From positions 62,001 to 82,722 of the forward strand of contig JBEWZL010000251.1 in the NCBI GenBank assembly GCA_045837725.1: a DNA stretch of 20,722 nt. Direction: 5' to 3'. The notes beneath the pieces were generated by a model. That model did not search any database and had not been told where the DNA came from. It saw only the letters and a program-made list of their open reading frames with translations. Positions 19,152 to 20,722 of this stretch are shown here, piece by piece (the stretch's first letter is position 1; each line of letters begins with the position of its first letter). The stretch is from Vermamoeba vermiformis (taxonomy: Eukaryota). The translations under genes and the position numbers were made by a program.

Positions 19152-20722
19152 ATGGAAGTAACGAACAATACGCAGATTAACGTATTAAATAATTTTCAAG
19201 TATTTATACCGCTCTCAGGAGATGCGGATGCGTTTGCTTTTACCCAAACCACCTCTCCGAGCTTTGGATTAACTTTGACGAGAACAGATTCTCATGAAAG
19301 CTATCATTATCAAATTCAAATGCTCCAATCAAATGGTGTTTCAGAAGTAATTATTCCAAATGGACTAACTTGGGCCAAAAGAGCACCATACCTGTTTCAA
19401 AAGAAGCAAAATACGTCAATTATAGAAGCGCTAGTATGTAGACTACGAATCCCTTCAGGAATATTCGATTTCAGACGAGCGAAGCATCGATCGGTCAGAT
19501 TCGTCGTTCGTTGTTTCTCAAACAATGTCTTGCTCAGTACTGGCCTTTCTCAATCATGTAGAGTACTTCCTAAAAAACGTGTTGCAGGCGAGGAAGCTGA
19601 GGAGAATGGAAACGGTAAGTTAAACGCTCCAAAGCAGTTAGTATCCTTTTGAAATGATTACTTAGCATTAGATAATTAATTTCATATTTATTCAGTGATA
19701 ATTCCAATTTATTGGGCGCGGGATTCACCGGAGAACCGCTCCGATCCCACATCAGATTGCCTTCCTCAAAACGAGCTTGAGGAATATCAAGAATACCAAG
19801 ACGAAGATAGTGTCATGGTAAATTTAAACGATTCGGAAGAACAATTTCAAAGTTACAGCAACGACGGTGACTCAGACGAACTTTCCCGGATCGTGTCGTA
19901 AGTTAAATCCTTTTTGCAGAATACACTAGCATTATAAGTTGAAGATGAAGCCTTACCTATAAGCTTTTATAGGAACACGAGCTATTTATTAGCAGAACCT
20001 GAGTCAATAGTCGCCAAGTACGTACCACGCGATCCTTTTTTTCAATAACAATAATACAATTTAAATTCTAATAATATTTTTATTGTGATTTAGTGACCAG
20101 TCCTCGCACTACATGGTACTCTACAACGGCAATGCTGAAGTCATCGGCAACTTTAGAGCACTCAACTTCTACAAAGCATCCGACATCAACATTAAAGAAG
20201 ACGTTAGACTTTTGACCGAAGACCGTGATCCACGCTCAGTGCTTCTCAAAATTGATGGCGTGGAGTACAAGTTCAAAGAAGGCTCAACAAATGCACCAAT
20301 GAACAAGCGATTCGTCGGGTACATTGCGCAACAGATTGAAAATGTTGTGCCTGAAGCTGTGCAACTCATCGATGGTAACAAAAAAAATGTCAATAAGCGT
20401 CTTATCAATAATTCTAACTCGTATCGTTAGGTATTCTGCATGTTGACTACGAGTCATTGATACCCTATCTGAGCGAGTCCATCAAACAGAATTTCCACGA
20501 CATTACGGACCTCAAATCAGACACGCGTCACATTCATCGTGTCATTGACATGATGTACCAAGAGTTCATTAAGAAAGAAAAAAGGAAGAACGACGAATCA
20601 ACAGTTAAATCAGTTAAGCAATACTGTCATACTCGCGGACCAATGCTCCGTTGGATCGTTGGCACATCGCTCGCGGTACTTTTGATGATCAGCGTGGCCG
20701 TTGCAACGTTCTTCGTCATGCC
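19152..20722 (+). CDS. MYRF/MrfA-like membrane-tethered protein with peptidase S74 (intramolecular chaperone auto-cleavage) domain; 3' truncated by window
   Basis: Exons 19152-19614, 19696-19897, 19973-20017, 20094-20374 and 20431-end are phase-compatible. The S74 signature is FYKASDINIKEDV...IDGVEYKFK...VGYIAQQIENVVPEAV...LHVDYESLIPYLSESIKQ. A coiled coil and the TM segment WIVGTSLAVLLMISVAVATFFVM follow. Confidence 0.85.

Overview
Compact, intron-rich eukaryotic genomic DNA with short AT-rich GT-AG introns of roughly 45-250 nt and short intergenic gaps. The gene content suggests a free-living amoeba-like protist, which is inference. The ORF track mostly shows exon fragments, so I spliced the genes by hand. 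In order: the acidic C-terminal tail of an upstream gene; an AidB-like acyl-CoA dehydrogenase ending in a PTS1-like PRL; an LRR + internal F-box protein; a six-repeat NHL beta-propeller; a beta-carbonic anhydrase (-); a small SAP-like protein (-); a 5-exon, about 1198-aa multidomain gene (10981-15104); a convergent HINT3-like HIT hydrolase (-) with an N-terminal hydrophobic anchor, absent from the ORF track; two tandem paralogous Cys/His-motif membrane proteins; an F-box + ankyrin protein (-); and a MYRF-like protein with a peptidase S74 self-cleaving domain and TM helix that runs off the window. The multidomain gene fuses an N4BP2/PNK-type P-loop kinase, a DCX/ubiquitin-like module, a dual-specificity phosphatase, an AEP primase-polymerase-like domain and a T4 Rnl1-type RNA ligase. 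It is the standout: a candidate single-chain 'heal, extend and seal' nucleic-acid repair enzyme next to a possible de-adenylase.
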